Shown one piece after another: positions 1-8,307 of a stretch of 42,576 nt of DNA (position 1 is its first letter; each line of letters starts with the position of its first letter). A program made the translations under genes and the position numbers. Source of the stretch: an uncultured Clostridia bacterium (GTDB taxonomy: Bacteria; Bacillota; Clostridia; Christensenellales; UBA1242); assembly GCA_944350225.1 (NCBI GenBank), contig CALVOH010000001.1, positions 1 through 42,576 of the forward strand, read 5' to 3'. The notes beneath the pieces are model-generated. The model did no database searches. It had not been told where the DNA came from and saw only the letters and a list, made by a program, of their open reading frames with translations.

Positions 1-60
1 TTCGTTTTCAAACTTATCTATTACTTCTTTTTTTGTTATAAGTTTTGGCAAAGTTTCCAT
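1..60 (-). CDS. Hypothetical protein, first 20 codons only (gene continues past the window start)
   Basis: The reverse strand reads ATG GAA ACT TTG CCA AAA... (METLPKLITKKEVIDKFENE). An AGAGG Shine-Dalgarno (plus-strand cctct, 67-71) lies 6 nt upstream, and there is no stop before the window edge. Confidence 0.4.
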   Translation of the reverse strand, partial: METLPKLITKKEVIDKFENE

Positions 61-341
61 AATATACCTCTTGTTTTATTACCAATAATAGCACAAAAAA
101 CTTATAATATCAAGTATTTTGAGCAATTTTTGGTATTTTCCTAAAATAAATTTAAAAAGTATTATATAGTTTTAAGCAGTTTAAAAATACTAAAATTTAG
201 CAAAAATATAGGCGCAGGTGTATGTAGGTGCACAAGTTTTAAAAGCTTTTGCACCTATTATAAAAAATACTAGCGTTTTTGCTAGTATTTATAAGGGGTT
301 TATTAGCATAGAGCACAAGTTTTTGTAAAAATATTTTTAAA

Positions 342-386
342 TTGGTAAGGTGGAGGTCACGGGTTCAAGTCCCGTCATTAGCTCCA
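342..386 (+). tRNA. 3' fragment (anticodon loop to CCA) of tRNA-Thr(GGU); the 5' half is absent, so this is probably an att-site remnant or truncated tRNA
   Basis: The parts read TTGGTAA (anticodon loop, GGT), GGTGG, AGGTC (variable loop), ACGGG-TTCAAGT-CCCGT (T arm), CATTAGC (acceptor 3' strand), T and CCA. This closely parallels E. coli tRNA-Thr (CTTGGTAAGGGTGAGGTC...). The 5 nt upstream (TTAAA) cannot pair with GGTGG, and no GCTAATG acceptor 5' strand or D arm is present upstream. Confidence 0.6.
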
Positions 387-397
387 CATACAAAAGG

Positions 398-438
398 TCG
401 CTAAAACCCTTTATTTATAAGGCTTTTAGCGATTTTTT
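398..438 (+). terminator. Rho-independent terminator directly after the tRNA fragment
   Basis: TCGCTAAAACCC (398-409) pairs with GGCTTTTAGCGA (421-432) and is followed by TTTTTT (433-438). Confidence 0.7.
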
Positions 439-480
439 CTTTTCAATTTTAGAGAGCACTATCCTTTTCCAAAAATGCAA

Positions 481-521
481 TAGGTGTCAATTTTAACCAT
501 CGTAGGTGTCAGTAGATGTCA
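481..521 (+). repeat. Three direct copies of a 9-mer (TAGGTGTCA, TAGGTGTCA, TAGATGTCA)
   Basis: The copies lie at 481-489, 503-511 and 513-521. Related words AGGTGTA (216-222) and AGGTGCA (226-232) lie on the other side of the tRNA fragment. Confidence 0.6.
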
Positions 522-658
522 AATTAATTTTTATATTTGTCAAGAAATTTAACAACTGCCACTTTTGTAAAATAAGACTTTTCCCCTCCCTTTTGTCTTT
601 TAGGGTTTAAATATCTAATAGTACATAAATTTTTATCTTGTTTTATAATACTTTTTAT

Positions 659-687
659 TTGACAACAATTTTTATTTGTTATATCAT
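659..687 (+). promoter_or_regulatory. Sigma-70/SigA-type promoter of the GNAT-hss pair (apparently leaderless)
   Basis: TTGACA (659-664), a 17-nt spacer and TATCAT (682-687). The ATG at 694 begins 7 nt after the -10, with no Shine-Dalgarno between them. Confidence 0.5.
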
Positions 688-693
688 GAAAGT

Positions 694-1293
694 ATGATCA
701 GTAAAAATAAAAATATTAGATATGAAAAAGGAACATTTAAAAATCTGATAAATGCTACAAAAATACAAATGGAAATTTTTGAAAACGCAAGATGTGCTTT
801 TTTAAGTTTTTTACAATGCCTAGTTACTTATGAGTATAAAGAATCCTTTTATATAATTTATTATAAAGATAAAATGGCTGGAATTATATCTTTTTATGAT
901 GGTATATATTACGGAAAAGAAAATGAAATCTGGATAGCTTGGTTTGGGATTTTACCAAAATTTAGAAGACAAAATATTGCAACACAAACAATAAAAGATT
1001 TTTGCGAATTTTGGCGTAAAAAAGGTTATAACAATTTGAGGTTATATTCTTATTATAAAAAATTTTATAAACCTGCTATAAACTTTTATAGAAAAAACAT
1101 GGATATAGAAGAAAATTATAACTATAATTATAAAAATGAAAAAATTTTAATTTTTACAAAAAATCTTAACAAATCACATTACGAAAAATGGAATAACAAA
1201 GATATCTTTTATTATAGCGATAAATTAGAAGAAAAATCTTCTTTAGTTCTTTGGAAATCTATATATGGAGAAAATTATGGCAAAAAAAATTAA
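694..1293 (+). CDS. GNAT-family N-acetyltransferase
   Basis: The track ORF 676..1293 starts at TTG, and the first in-frame ATG is at 694. The acetyl-CoA motif-A-like segment is IWIAWFGILPKFRRQNIATQTIKDF...KKGYNNLRLYS...AINFYRKN. The stop is TAA. Confidence 0.65.
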   Translation: MISKNKNIRYEKGTFKNLINATKIQMEIFENARCAFLSFLQCLVTYEYKESFYIIYYKDKMAGIISFYDGIYYGKENEIWIAWFGILPKFRRQNIATQTIKDFCEFWRKKGYNNLRLYSYYKKFYKPAINFYRKNMDIEENYNYNYKNEKILIFTKNLNKSHYEKWNNKDIFYYSDKLEEKSSLVLWKSIYGENYGKKN

Positions 1294-2668
1294 AGACAAT
1301 GTAATTATATTAGGCTTTGGTAGCGTAGGTAGAAGTTTTTATAAAATATCAAATTATAAACTTGATTTTGTTTTGGATCCAAAAAAAACATATATTATTG
1401 ACAAAAGTGATAAATTTTTAAATTATTTCGTTAAAAATGGTGGATTAGAATCAAATTATATTGTAAAAGAAATATCGAAAAACAATTTTCAATCAATTAT
1501 TATAAAAGATTGTTTGAAAAATGATAAAGAATTACAGAACACGATTATTTTGGATTTTTTGTCAACTGCAGGTACTGATGATATTATAAAATGGTGCGCA
1601 TTAAACAATATAAAATATCTAAACACTGGCGATTCTGATTGGCCAGAAGACGAATGGAGAGATTTAATTTCTCATTATAATTCACTACAAAACATAAAGA
1701 AATACATATCCCAAAACAAACTCTCGATAAAATCTCCTATAGTCTTACAATCAGGAATGAATCCAGGATTGGTCTCTCATTTTATGAAAAAAGGACTCGA
1801 ATTCATTGTTGAAACTCAATTCAAGGATAACAATCAATATAAAAAGTTATTAAAAGATAATCATTATAATAAATTAGCTCAAAATTTAGGCGTAAAATTT
1901 GTTCAAATAGTAGACAGAGACTTTCAAAAAACAAAATTACCTTTTAAAAAAGATGTTTTTTATAACACGTGGAATCCGGAAACTTTTTACACTGAAATTA
2001 CTATAGAAAGCGAATTATGCTATGGAAATAACGAAAATTTTAGGGAATGTGATGAGGTAGTAGATTTCAACCAAACATATCATTGGGTTAAATATAAAAC
2101 AATATCCGCAAATACAAAGATAAAAGCTTTGACACCATTCAAATTCTTTAAGGGATTTTTAGTGGGGCATGAAGAAGTATTCACTTTTTCAAGATTCTTG
2201 TCGGTAGAAAAAAATAAGACGATTATATATTGCCCTACTACAATGTTCGTTTACAGGCCTTGCGATATAACAAAAAAATATCTTGCAAAAAGAGAAAAAA
2301 GCAATTATTCAATGCCTACAAAATCTTATGTGTTAACAAAAGAAATTTACAAAGGCTCAGAATTGGTTGGTATTAATATAATTGGTGATAAATTTAAAAG
2401 TGTTTTTGTTGGCAATATGGTAACTTTCGACAAAAAAAGTGAGCTAATGAAGGATCATAACTCAACTATATTACAAGTATCTTCAGGAGCAATGGGCGCT
2501 TTTTGTTGGATATTAAAAAATAAAACAAAAGGCGGAATTTATTTGCCAGAAGAAATAGATAGCAATTATGTTTTAAATATAGCCAAAAAATATATGGGTC
2601 AGATAATATATTATACTTATGATGTTAAAAAAACAAATAAATTTAAAAGATTGAAAGATTTCTTCTAA
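1277..2668 (+). CDS. hss: Homospermidine synthase (saccharopine dehydrogenase-like family)
   Basis: Blocks match my recollection of bacterial HSS along the whole length: VIILGFGSVGRS (Rossmann), QSGMNPGLVSHFMKKGL, GVKFVQIVDRDFQKT...DVFYNTWNPETF, FLVGHEEVFTFSRFL and NSTILQVSSGAMGAFCWILKN. GGAG lies 6 nt before the ATG at 1277 (the track start 1265 is also possible). The gene overlaps the GNAT stop. Confidence 0.8.
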   Translation: MAKKIKDNVIILGFGSVGRSFYKISNYKLDFVLDPKKTYIIDKSDKFLNYFVKNGGLESNYIVKEISKNNFQSIIIKDCLKNDKELQNTIILDFLSTAGTDDIIKWCALNNIKYLNTGDSDWPEDEWRDLISHYNSLQNIKKYISQNKLSIKSPIVLQSGMNPGLVSHFMKKGLEFIVETQFKDNNQYKKLLKDNHYNKLAQNLGVKFVQIVDRDFQKTKLPFKKDVFYNTWNPETFYTEITIESELCYGNNENFRECDEVVDFNQTYHWVKYKTISANTKIKALTPFKFFKGFLVGHEEVFTFSRFLSVEKNKTIIYCPTTMFVYRPCDITKKYLAKREKSNYSMPTKSYVLTKEIYKGSELVGINIIGDKFKSVFVGNMVTFDKKSELMKDHNSTILQVSSGAMGAFCWILKNKTKGGIYLPEEIDSNYVLNIAKKYMGQIIYYTYDVKKTNKFKRLKDFF

Positions 2669-3147
2669 AATATATATTGCTTTAAATTTACAATACTACT
2701 TTTGTCAACTTATCCGAATAAAAAATTCACATCTCAAAATTTTTTCTTTCTTCTCTTTGTTTAATTATTTTTTAAACAAATCATCATATTCTTCATCTGT
2801 CATACTTGAAAGCAAATCGTTCTTTTTAGTATTTATTGCTTCTTGCCTTCGCCTTTCATCTTCATAGAGTTTTTCTTGTTTTTTTTGTTTGACTTTTATC
2901 TAAACTTATTATATACTTATCATAAATAGTGACTTAAATAGTAATTGTATTTTTACATTTTCTAATCTCTTATAATTATTAAACAACTTTTTATTCATTT
3001 AAACAAATTTGTTTTTTAATCTTTTAAAATGATTTGTTATTCCCAAGCTTTTGGCTATTCAAGATTTTCCTAAATATAATATCGAATTAATCTTGGAAGA
3101 TTTTATTAAATAAAAGTTAAATTTTATTGTTCCTAAGGAGATAAAGA

Positions 3148-3711
3148 ATGACCATTTTTATATGTGGACTTCCACGAACCGGTAAAACCAGTTTTTCTAA
3201 AAAACTTAAAACCCTTTTAAAAAATTCAAACATCATCGTATCAGAAGCTCTTAGAAACGCATTACAAAAAATAGACAGTAATAATGCAAAAAATTGGGGA
3301 TTGAAAAATAGTGATATTAGGAGAACACTATTCCCTTCTTTCGCCAAAGAGCTTATATATTGGAATGAAAAGTTCTCATGTTGTGACACCATCTTTGACT
3401 GCGCACTTTTAAATGTAGAACAAGTTTTAAGTATCGTAGATAAAAATGATATGATCATTTGTTTTGGATTTGGTGGAAGAACGAACAATGAGATATTTAA
3501 AATAATAAAAAAATATGAGCATGCGAATGATTATACTAAACAATTTACATGCGAAAAGCTTATGAAATTTTGGGGCGATGTTTCTTTACAAGATAAAGAA
3601 AATATTGACATTTGCAAAAAGCATAACATAATTTATCTTGACACCTCAATTGATAGAGATAAAAAATTCAACGATGCAATTGAACAAATCAAAAAAATAC
3701 TTAAAGATTAA
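3148..3711 (+). CDS. P-loop NTPase / small-molecule kinase-like protein
   Basis: Walker A GLPRTGKTS lies at the extreme N-terminus, as in nucleotide or antibiotic kinases. AAGGAG lies 7 nt upstream of the ATG. Confidence 0.55.
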   Translation: MTIFICGLPRTGKTSFSKKLKTLLKNSNIIVSEALRNALQKIDSNNAKNWGLKNSDIRRTLFPSFAKELIYWNEKFSCCDTIFDCALLNVEQVLSIVDKNDMIICFGFGGRTNNEIFKIIKKYEHANDYTKQFTCEKLMKFWGDVSLQDKENIDICKKHNIIYLDTSIDRDKKFNDAIEQIKKILKD

Positions 3712-3967
3712 AATCGATAAAGCGAAAAATGTTTTAATTTTTCAACTTCTAAATCACATATTTGTTTAGGTTTTTTGCTCGTAATCATATAGTAAACATC
3801 ACAAATATGATTATAAATAAAGTTTTTATTAAACACTTTATTTCTTTACAAGTCGTTAAAAATTTAACATCATCACCCTTTATTATTTAAGCCACACACA
3901 CATAAGTTCACCAAATGTTTTATGTTCAATAATTGAACAATATTTATTAAATATTAATTAATAAATT

Positions 3968-4834
3968 TTAATATGGGCTATTTAATGTCCTAAATTTTTT
4001 ATTGGTTTCCCAAAGATGTTTTAATTTATCAAAATTTTTATCTGGCTCTAGCATCAATTTTGCTAGATTATCAATATCTTTATAGTCCTTAGTTGTCAAT
4101 TTGTCAAAGTTATCTCCATAAATAAAATCTGGTGTGTATTTATATGGCAATTCGATATTCATCAAAGCGTTAAAATCTAAAAACAAAGCGTGCGCAAAGA
4201 TTTCTATTCCTTTATGTGAGGTATATTTAAGATATTTATCTAAATTCTTAATTTCGCCTTTTCTGGCTTTTAGCCATAATTCAGCAGGGTATTCAAATTC
4301 GTCTTCTATGTCATATAGATTAATCTTTTTATCGTGCGTCCTTGTATGATCTTGAATTTCAGCATCTATTCGAATCCATCGCTGTTCTTTTTCGTCCCAA
4401 TATTCGTTGATCCAATGATCTACAATAAAGGTTTCATAAATATACGGAGCAAAACCACTTCTACATCTGCAAGGAATACCTTTTGCTTTCATTATTGACG
4501 AAAATAATATCGAAATATATCTACAAGTTACAACAATGCGTTTTTTAAATAATTTTTTATAATAAAATCCTTTTTCGTCCAATCTAAAAACTTCACTTGT
4601 CATTGCTGTTGCAGTATTCAATGCATCATACAAACAGTTGTACCACACAAAATTTTTGCTTATTTCTTTTTTTGTATAAGTGCGAAAAGCTCTCATTTTA
4701 TGAATATGTTGGTCGCATACCAAGTCCCTTAATTTATTTATATCGTTTGGCAAAGAAATGAAATAATCTTTAAACGGGCCAGCATAAGTGTAAAACGAAA
4801 CTTTTTTATAAAAATCTTGTATTTTCTTGTTCAT
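3968..4834 (-). CDS. Transglutaminase-like superfamily protein (Cys-His-Asp papain-like core)
   Basis: The core reads VVTCRYISILFSSIMKAKGIPCRCRSGF...VDHWINEYWDEKEQRWIRIDAE (C...GIP.R...HxW.E.w...W...D pattern). AAGGAG Shine-Dalgarno; TAA stop. Confidence 0.6.
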   Translation of the reverse strand: MNKKIQDFYKKVSFYTYAGPFKDYFISLPNDINKLRDLVCDQHIHKMRAFRTYTKKEISKNFVWYNCLYDALNTATAMTSEVFRLDEKGFYYKKLFKKRIVVTCRYISILFSSIMKAKGIPCRCRSGFAPYIYETFIVDHWINEYWDEKEQRWIRIDAEIQDHTRTHDKKINLYDIEDEFEYPAELWLKARKGEIKNLDKYLKYTSHKGIEIFAHALFLDFNALMNIELPYKYTPDFIYGDNFDKLTTKDYKDIDNLAKLMLEPDKNFDKLKHLWETNKKFRTLNSPY

Positions 4835-4961
4835 AAAATCTCCTTAAATAAATATAACAAAATTTACAACTATTTGCAAGAATTTGTATAGACAAGTTTG
4901 GTTTTTATACTTATTCGCGCATTTATACAAGTCAGCGTCTGTTGTATTCAAAAGTTAAACC

Positions 4962-5449
4962 TCACAAAAAACAATAAAACAAATTTACTAAATTGTAACT
5001 TTTTGTTCGGCTTTTTAAAGCTTTTTTTGACAAAAGTTTAAGAATTCGCGTTTTATCTCCACCCATTTTTATCGCTGTTTTAGTATGCAATGCTTTGTAT
5101 TTAGGAAAGTTTGTGTTATGCAAATAATGGCAAACTGAAATTGGATTGATCGCAGGAATATTTTTTTCACAATCTAAATGATAGTTTAAATTTACAAATG
5201 CGATATTATTAATTTTGCAATATTTTAAAGTTCTTTTTAACCTTATTTTGCCAATAACATCAAGTGCGTTGCATCTTGAACAATCAAATTTCAACAAATA
5301 ATTTTTGTTGCCTTTATAACAATGGTTTTTTACTATATCCAAATTTTATTCAATTTATTTTTATCAACTTTGCAATCTGAAAGATTTTTCTTCACCTAAT
5401 CAACACATGCTTCTGGTGAAACGAACTCGCTTCTTTGATTTGACTTCAT
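4962..5449 (-). pseudogene. Decayed Cys-rich gene of unknown family (short 5' ORF, then a frameshift into the 126-codon track ORF)
   Basis: ATG at 5449 gives MKSNQRSEFVSPEACVD, then TAG (5396-5398), then VKKNLSDCKVDKNKLNKIWI and TAG-TAA. The 4962..5342 ORF continues in a frame shifted by 1 nt, starts at TTG and has no Shine-Dalgarno. Confidence 0.3.
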
Positions 5450-5593
5450 TCCTTATGGTTTTTGATTTTAATTTTTTTTCTTTCCAAAGCTTTACATATT
5501 TATTTTAGTTCATTTGTTTGTGCCACCAATCTAGTCTGTTTTTTTATTTGTATGATGTCCTCTTCTCAACCACAAATATAAACAAATATTTAA

Positions 5594-6185
5594 AAATCTT
5601 CAAAATCTATTTGCAATATTTTAAAAGAAACAGGCTATATTGACGATAGATTACAAAAAAACGGTAAAGGCAGAGAATTTTCGTTAATTGATAGAGATAA
5701 AGACGATATGCAAGAATATTTTGGTGATGTTTATGCAACCACATACATGAGGTCATTTGTTGAACTTGCACAAGCACAACGTCATAGAACTTTAAATTAT
5801 AAACTTAAATTTTCTAATATTAACAATTATTTTATTCCTCCTATTATTAAAGATGACCCAAATCTCGTTGATGAATGGTTATGCGATTGCGATAAACAAA
5901 AAAATAAATTTCCACAAGGCTTGCTCGTAAAAATTGAAGAACAAGGCACATATCCAAATTTTATATTAAAAATGCAAGAACGGTTATGTTCATGCGCGCA
6001 ACTTGAAATTGCAATGCAAACAAAAGCTACATATAAAATCATTGAAGCTTTCAAATCACCCAAAGGCTGAACAGCTTGAAAAATATAAAAACGGTTCGAT
6101 ATGTACTTTCCCTGGAGACCATAAATTTGAATGCAATACAAGATGTGGCTTTGACGAAGGCATAACGATGGATAGATTAATATAA
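5594..6185 (+). pseudogene. ThyX-like (flavin-dependent thymidylate synthase) remnant, N-terminally truncated with a disrupted 3' end
   Basis: ThyX-like blocks are YMRSFVELAQAQRHR (RHR motif) and FILKMQERLCSCAQLEI (R....AQ.EI). The open frame reaches back only to 5594 with no start, and the first ATG (5708) is just before the RHR motif. The frame ends at TGA (6068-6070), and a second ORF in another frame (6003..6185) overlaps it. Confidence 0.45.
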
Positions 6186-6346
6186 GTTTAAAGTATAAAA
6201 ATGTTTGCTTTCACAACATACCTTTTTAACAACTTAAACATAAAAATTAAAAAAGTGGAATTAAAATTTTTACAAATAAAATAACACAAACCATTAAAAC
6301 ATCTTTTTAAAACAACACAAAAATTATTTAAATATAAACATAATTT

Positions 6347-6817
6347 TTAATTTAAAATCCAAAGGGCTAAATTTAAACTGGTTGCAATATATATCCAAAT
6401 AGGATAAAGAAGTAAAATATATATATACCATTTGTTTATCTTTAATAGTTCTATCAATAAGTATGTTGCAAAAAACGCATTGACAATTATTATTATGTTG
6501 CCAAGTAACAGTTGATTAAGTGTAAAAAATACTAAACACCAAAGAATATTTAATATCCCATTTATAATTCCGAGTATTTCAATCTTTTTGTTTACCAGAT
6601 TGTCAATATATAAAAACGCAAAAATTATTGCAAATGAAATATAAACAATCGTCCAAACTATTGGTATAACAAAACTAGGTATCCACTGTGATGGCGTATT
6701 AAGTTTTGTATACCATTCCATACCAAGATTGACAAAAAGACTACCAAGCCCTGCTACCAATAAGACAGAGGTGATAATTAAAATTATATTAAATGTTTCT
6801 TTTTTTGTTAGTTTCAT
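6347..6817 (-). CDS. tspO: TspO/MBR family tryptophan-rich sensory membrane protein
   Basis: There are five hydrophobic segments. Family-like motifs are GMEWYTKLNTPSQWIPSFVIPIVWTIVY and W-rich loops. Confidence 0.65.
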   Translation of the reverse strand: MKLTKKETFNIILIITSVLLVAGLGSLFVNLGMEWYTKLNTPSQWIPSFVIPIVWTIVYISFAIIFAFLYIDNLVNKKIEILGIINGILNILWCLVFFTLNQLLLGNIIIIVNAFFATYLLIELLKINKWYIYILLLYPIWIYIATSLNLALWILN

Positions 6818-7043
6818 ACTTTTAGTTTACTAAAAAATCAAAAAAATATGAAAATTTAGTTAGTATTTTTGTAAATAATATAAAAAGATTTTTTGTGTTA
6901 GTTTATTTTTATGCTAGTTTCAAAATAGTTTAACCATTGTTTGTTATTTTAAAGTAATAAAAAAAGGAACTTTACATATAAAATAAAGTCCTTTTATTTT
7001 TTTAGTTGCAAAATTGTTTAACTTTAGTTAATATTTTTAATTA

Positions 7044-7466
7044 TTAATCCTCCGCCAAATCAGCATCAAATTTCGTTTTATGAACTGTGCCTATTGGATG
7101 CTTTGGTGGCGCGTAAACAGAATACATTTTTAAAGGAATGTTTTGCTCGTTGATAATGTTGTGCCATGTACCCGCAGGAATAATTATTGCATAATTGTCA
7201 TTTGCATTTCCCAAAAATTTTACATCTGGTTTTGTTTTGCCCATATAAACTGATGCCACACCATATTCAACTCTTAGAAATTGATCAAGATTTTCATGTA
7301 TTTCGAGTCCTATTTCCCCTCCCGGTATTATAGACATAACGGTTACTTGCAAATGTTCGCCCGTCCAAATTGATTTACGATAATTGTTGTTGCATTTTGT
7401 TTCTTTGTCAATATTGACAACGGCAGGCTGATTGCCCAAGTCACTGTTAATTTGATTTTTAACCAT
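7044..7466 (-). CDS. Cupin-domain protein
   Basis: Cupin motifs are PGGEIGLEIHENLDQFLRVEYG and IIIPAGTWHNI. AAAGGAG Shine-Dalgarno. Confidence 0.65.
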   Translation of the reverse strand: MVKNQINSDLGNQPAVVNIDKETKCNNNYRKSIWTGEHLQVTVMSIIPGGEIGLEIHENLDQFLRVEYGVASVYMGKTKPDVKFLGNANDNYAIIIPAGTWHNIINEQNIPLKMYSVYAPPKHPIGTVHKTKFDADLAED

Positions 7467-7594
7467 AATAAACTCCTTTAACTTATATTAGTTATGCACA
7501 TGGTCAAACAAATGTGAAAAACTGAAAACTCTACGATTTGTGGGAGTTTTTTCAATTAAAATCATGATATAATGTGCTTGTAAAGGAGGATAAT

Positions 7595-8206
7595 ATGAAT
7601 TTACAAACTATTGGTAAATTTATTAAAGAACAAAGAAAACTAAAAGGTTATACTCAATCAGAACTAGCAGAAAAAATATTTGTAAGTGAAAAAACAATTT
7701 CAAAATGGGAATGTGGCAACGGTTTTCCAGACGCTTCTTTGATATTGCCACTTTGCAATGCACTTGAAATATCTGCAAATGAACTTTTATCAGGTAAAAG
7801 GTTGCAGGGCGAAGAATATAAATTAGAGGCGGAAAAAAACTTGATGCAACTAAAATCACAGGAAGAACAAAGTTACAAGCTCTTATTGTCAATCGAAAAC
7901 GTTTTAGGATATATGGCTTCAATTATGTTTTTCGCATTTATTGCAATCGCATCACTTTTAGACTTAGAGCTGTGGATTAGAATTGTTTTAATTTCTGTTG
8001 GCTTTATTAATTTCGTTATAGCATTACATTCTTGCCTAGTTATTGAAAAAGATGCAGGAGGCTATGAATGTCAATTATGCCATCATAAATACGTGCCAAC
8101 TTACAAACAAATTTTGTTTTCAATGCATTATGGAAGAACAAGATATATGAAATGCCCAAAATGTAATAAAAAATCTTGGCAACATAAAACAAGCAAAAAA
8201 AACTAA
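7595..8206 (+). CDS. XRE-family helix-turn-helix regulator with two transmembrane segments and a C-terminal CxxC...CxxC zinc ribbon
   Basis: The HTH_3 signature is IKEQRKLKGYTQSELAEKIFVSEKTISKWECGNGFPD. Hydrophobic segments are MASIMFFAFIAIASLL and IRIVLISVGFINFVIAL, and the zinc ribbon is CQLC...CPKC. AAAGGAGG lies 6 nt before the ATG at 7595 (the track start 7574 is GTG). An extended -10 TGATATAAT lies at 7565-7573. Confidence 0.7.
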   Translation: MNLQTIGKFIKEQRKLKGYTQSELAEKIFVSEKTISKWECGNGFPDASLILPLCNALEISANELLSGKRLQGEEYKLEAEKNLMQLKSQEEQSYKLLLSIENVLGYMASIMFFAFIAIASLLDLELWIRIVLISVGFINFVIALHSCLVIEKDAGGYECQLCHHKYVPTYKQILFSMHYGRTRYMKCPKCNKKSWQHKTSKKN

Positions 8207-8246
8207 TAAATAATATCAAATAATTTCAATAATTTTTCTTTATATC

Positions 8247-8285
8247 AAAAAAACCTGTTTAAGTTTTTCTTAACAGGTTTTTTTG
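8247..8285. terminator. Bidirectional intrinsic terminator between the convergent XRE and LRR genes
   Basis: AAAAAAACCTGTTTAAG...CTTAACAGGTTTTTTT has an A-run on one side and a T-run on the other. Confidence 0.7.
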
Positions 8286-8307
8286 TCCAAATTCTTTAAA
8301 AAACTTT

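Noticed and set aside
342-388. 3' end of a tmRNA (ssrA), suggested by GGTTCAAGTCCCGT...GCTCCA followed by a terminator
   Set aside because: The segment before the T arm (TTGGTAAGGTGGAGGTC) matches a tRNA-Thr anticodon loop, stem and variable loop, not a tmRNA. Reading TAGCTCC-A as a tmRNA acceptor leaves 3 unpaired nt after the T stem. No GGGGCT-type 5' acceptor strand and no plausible tag ORF (ending in ..AA or ..FA plus a stop) exists in positions 60-340.
2765-2899. Small minus-strand ORF (IKVKQKKQEKLYEDERRRQEAINTKKNDLLSSMTDEEYDDLFKK-stop)
   Set aside because: No start codon is available: TAG and TAA lie immediately upstream and the only Met is 12 codons from the end. It is treated as a C-terminal gene remnant rather than a gene.
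3117-3488. Track ORFs antisense to or overlapping real genes (for example 3117..3488, 4134..4349, 5827..6141, 7623..7922, 8342..8788, 9398..9856, 15052..15513, 21850..22131, 26539..26835, 34702..35007, 38058..38375, 42027..42266)
   Set aside because: They lie fully inside better-supported genes on the opposite strand or in another frame. They lack Shine-Dalgarno sites and have low-complexity or Phe/Ser/Leu-rich shadow-frame composition.
5396-5398. A second in-frame TAG (in the 39-codon ORF starting at 5449) as support for TAG being a sense codon
   Set aside because: That ORF is short, has a poorly spaced Shine-Dalgarno and sits in a region full of frameshifts and truncations. The TAG is more simply explained by pseudogenisation.
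5708-6094. Genome-wide TGA=Trp (genetic code 4), suggested by in-frame TGAs at the end of the ThyX-like ORF
   Set aside because: uvrA, the DUF1858 gene and the 11791 gene end at TGA at the expected protein ends, with terminators right after. Trp in conserved genes is TGG. The 3,539-, 1,235- and 908-codon ORFs are intact under the standard code. At most this is a property of the donor of that fragment.
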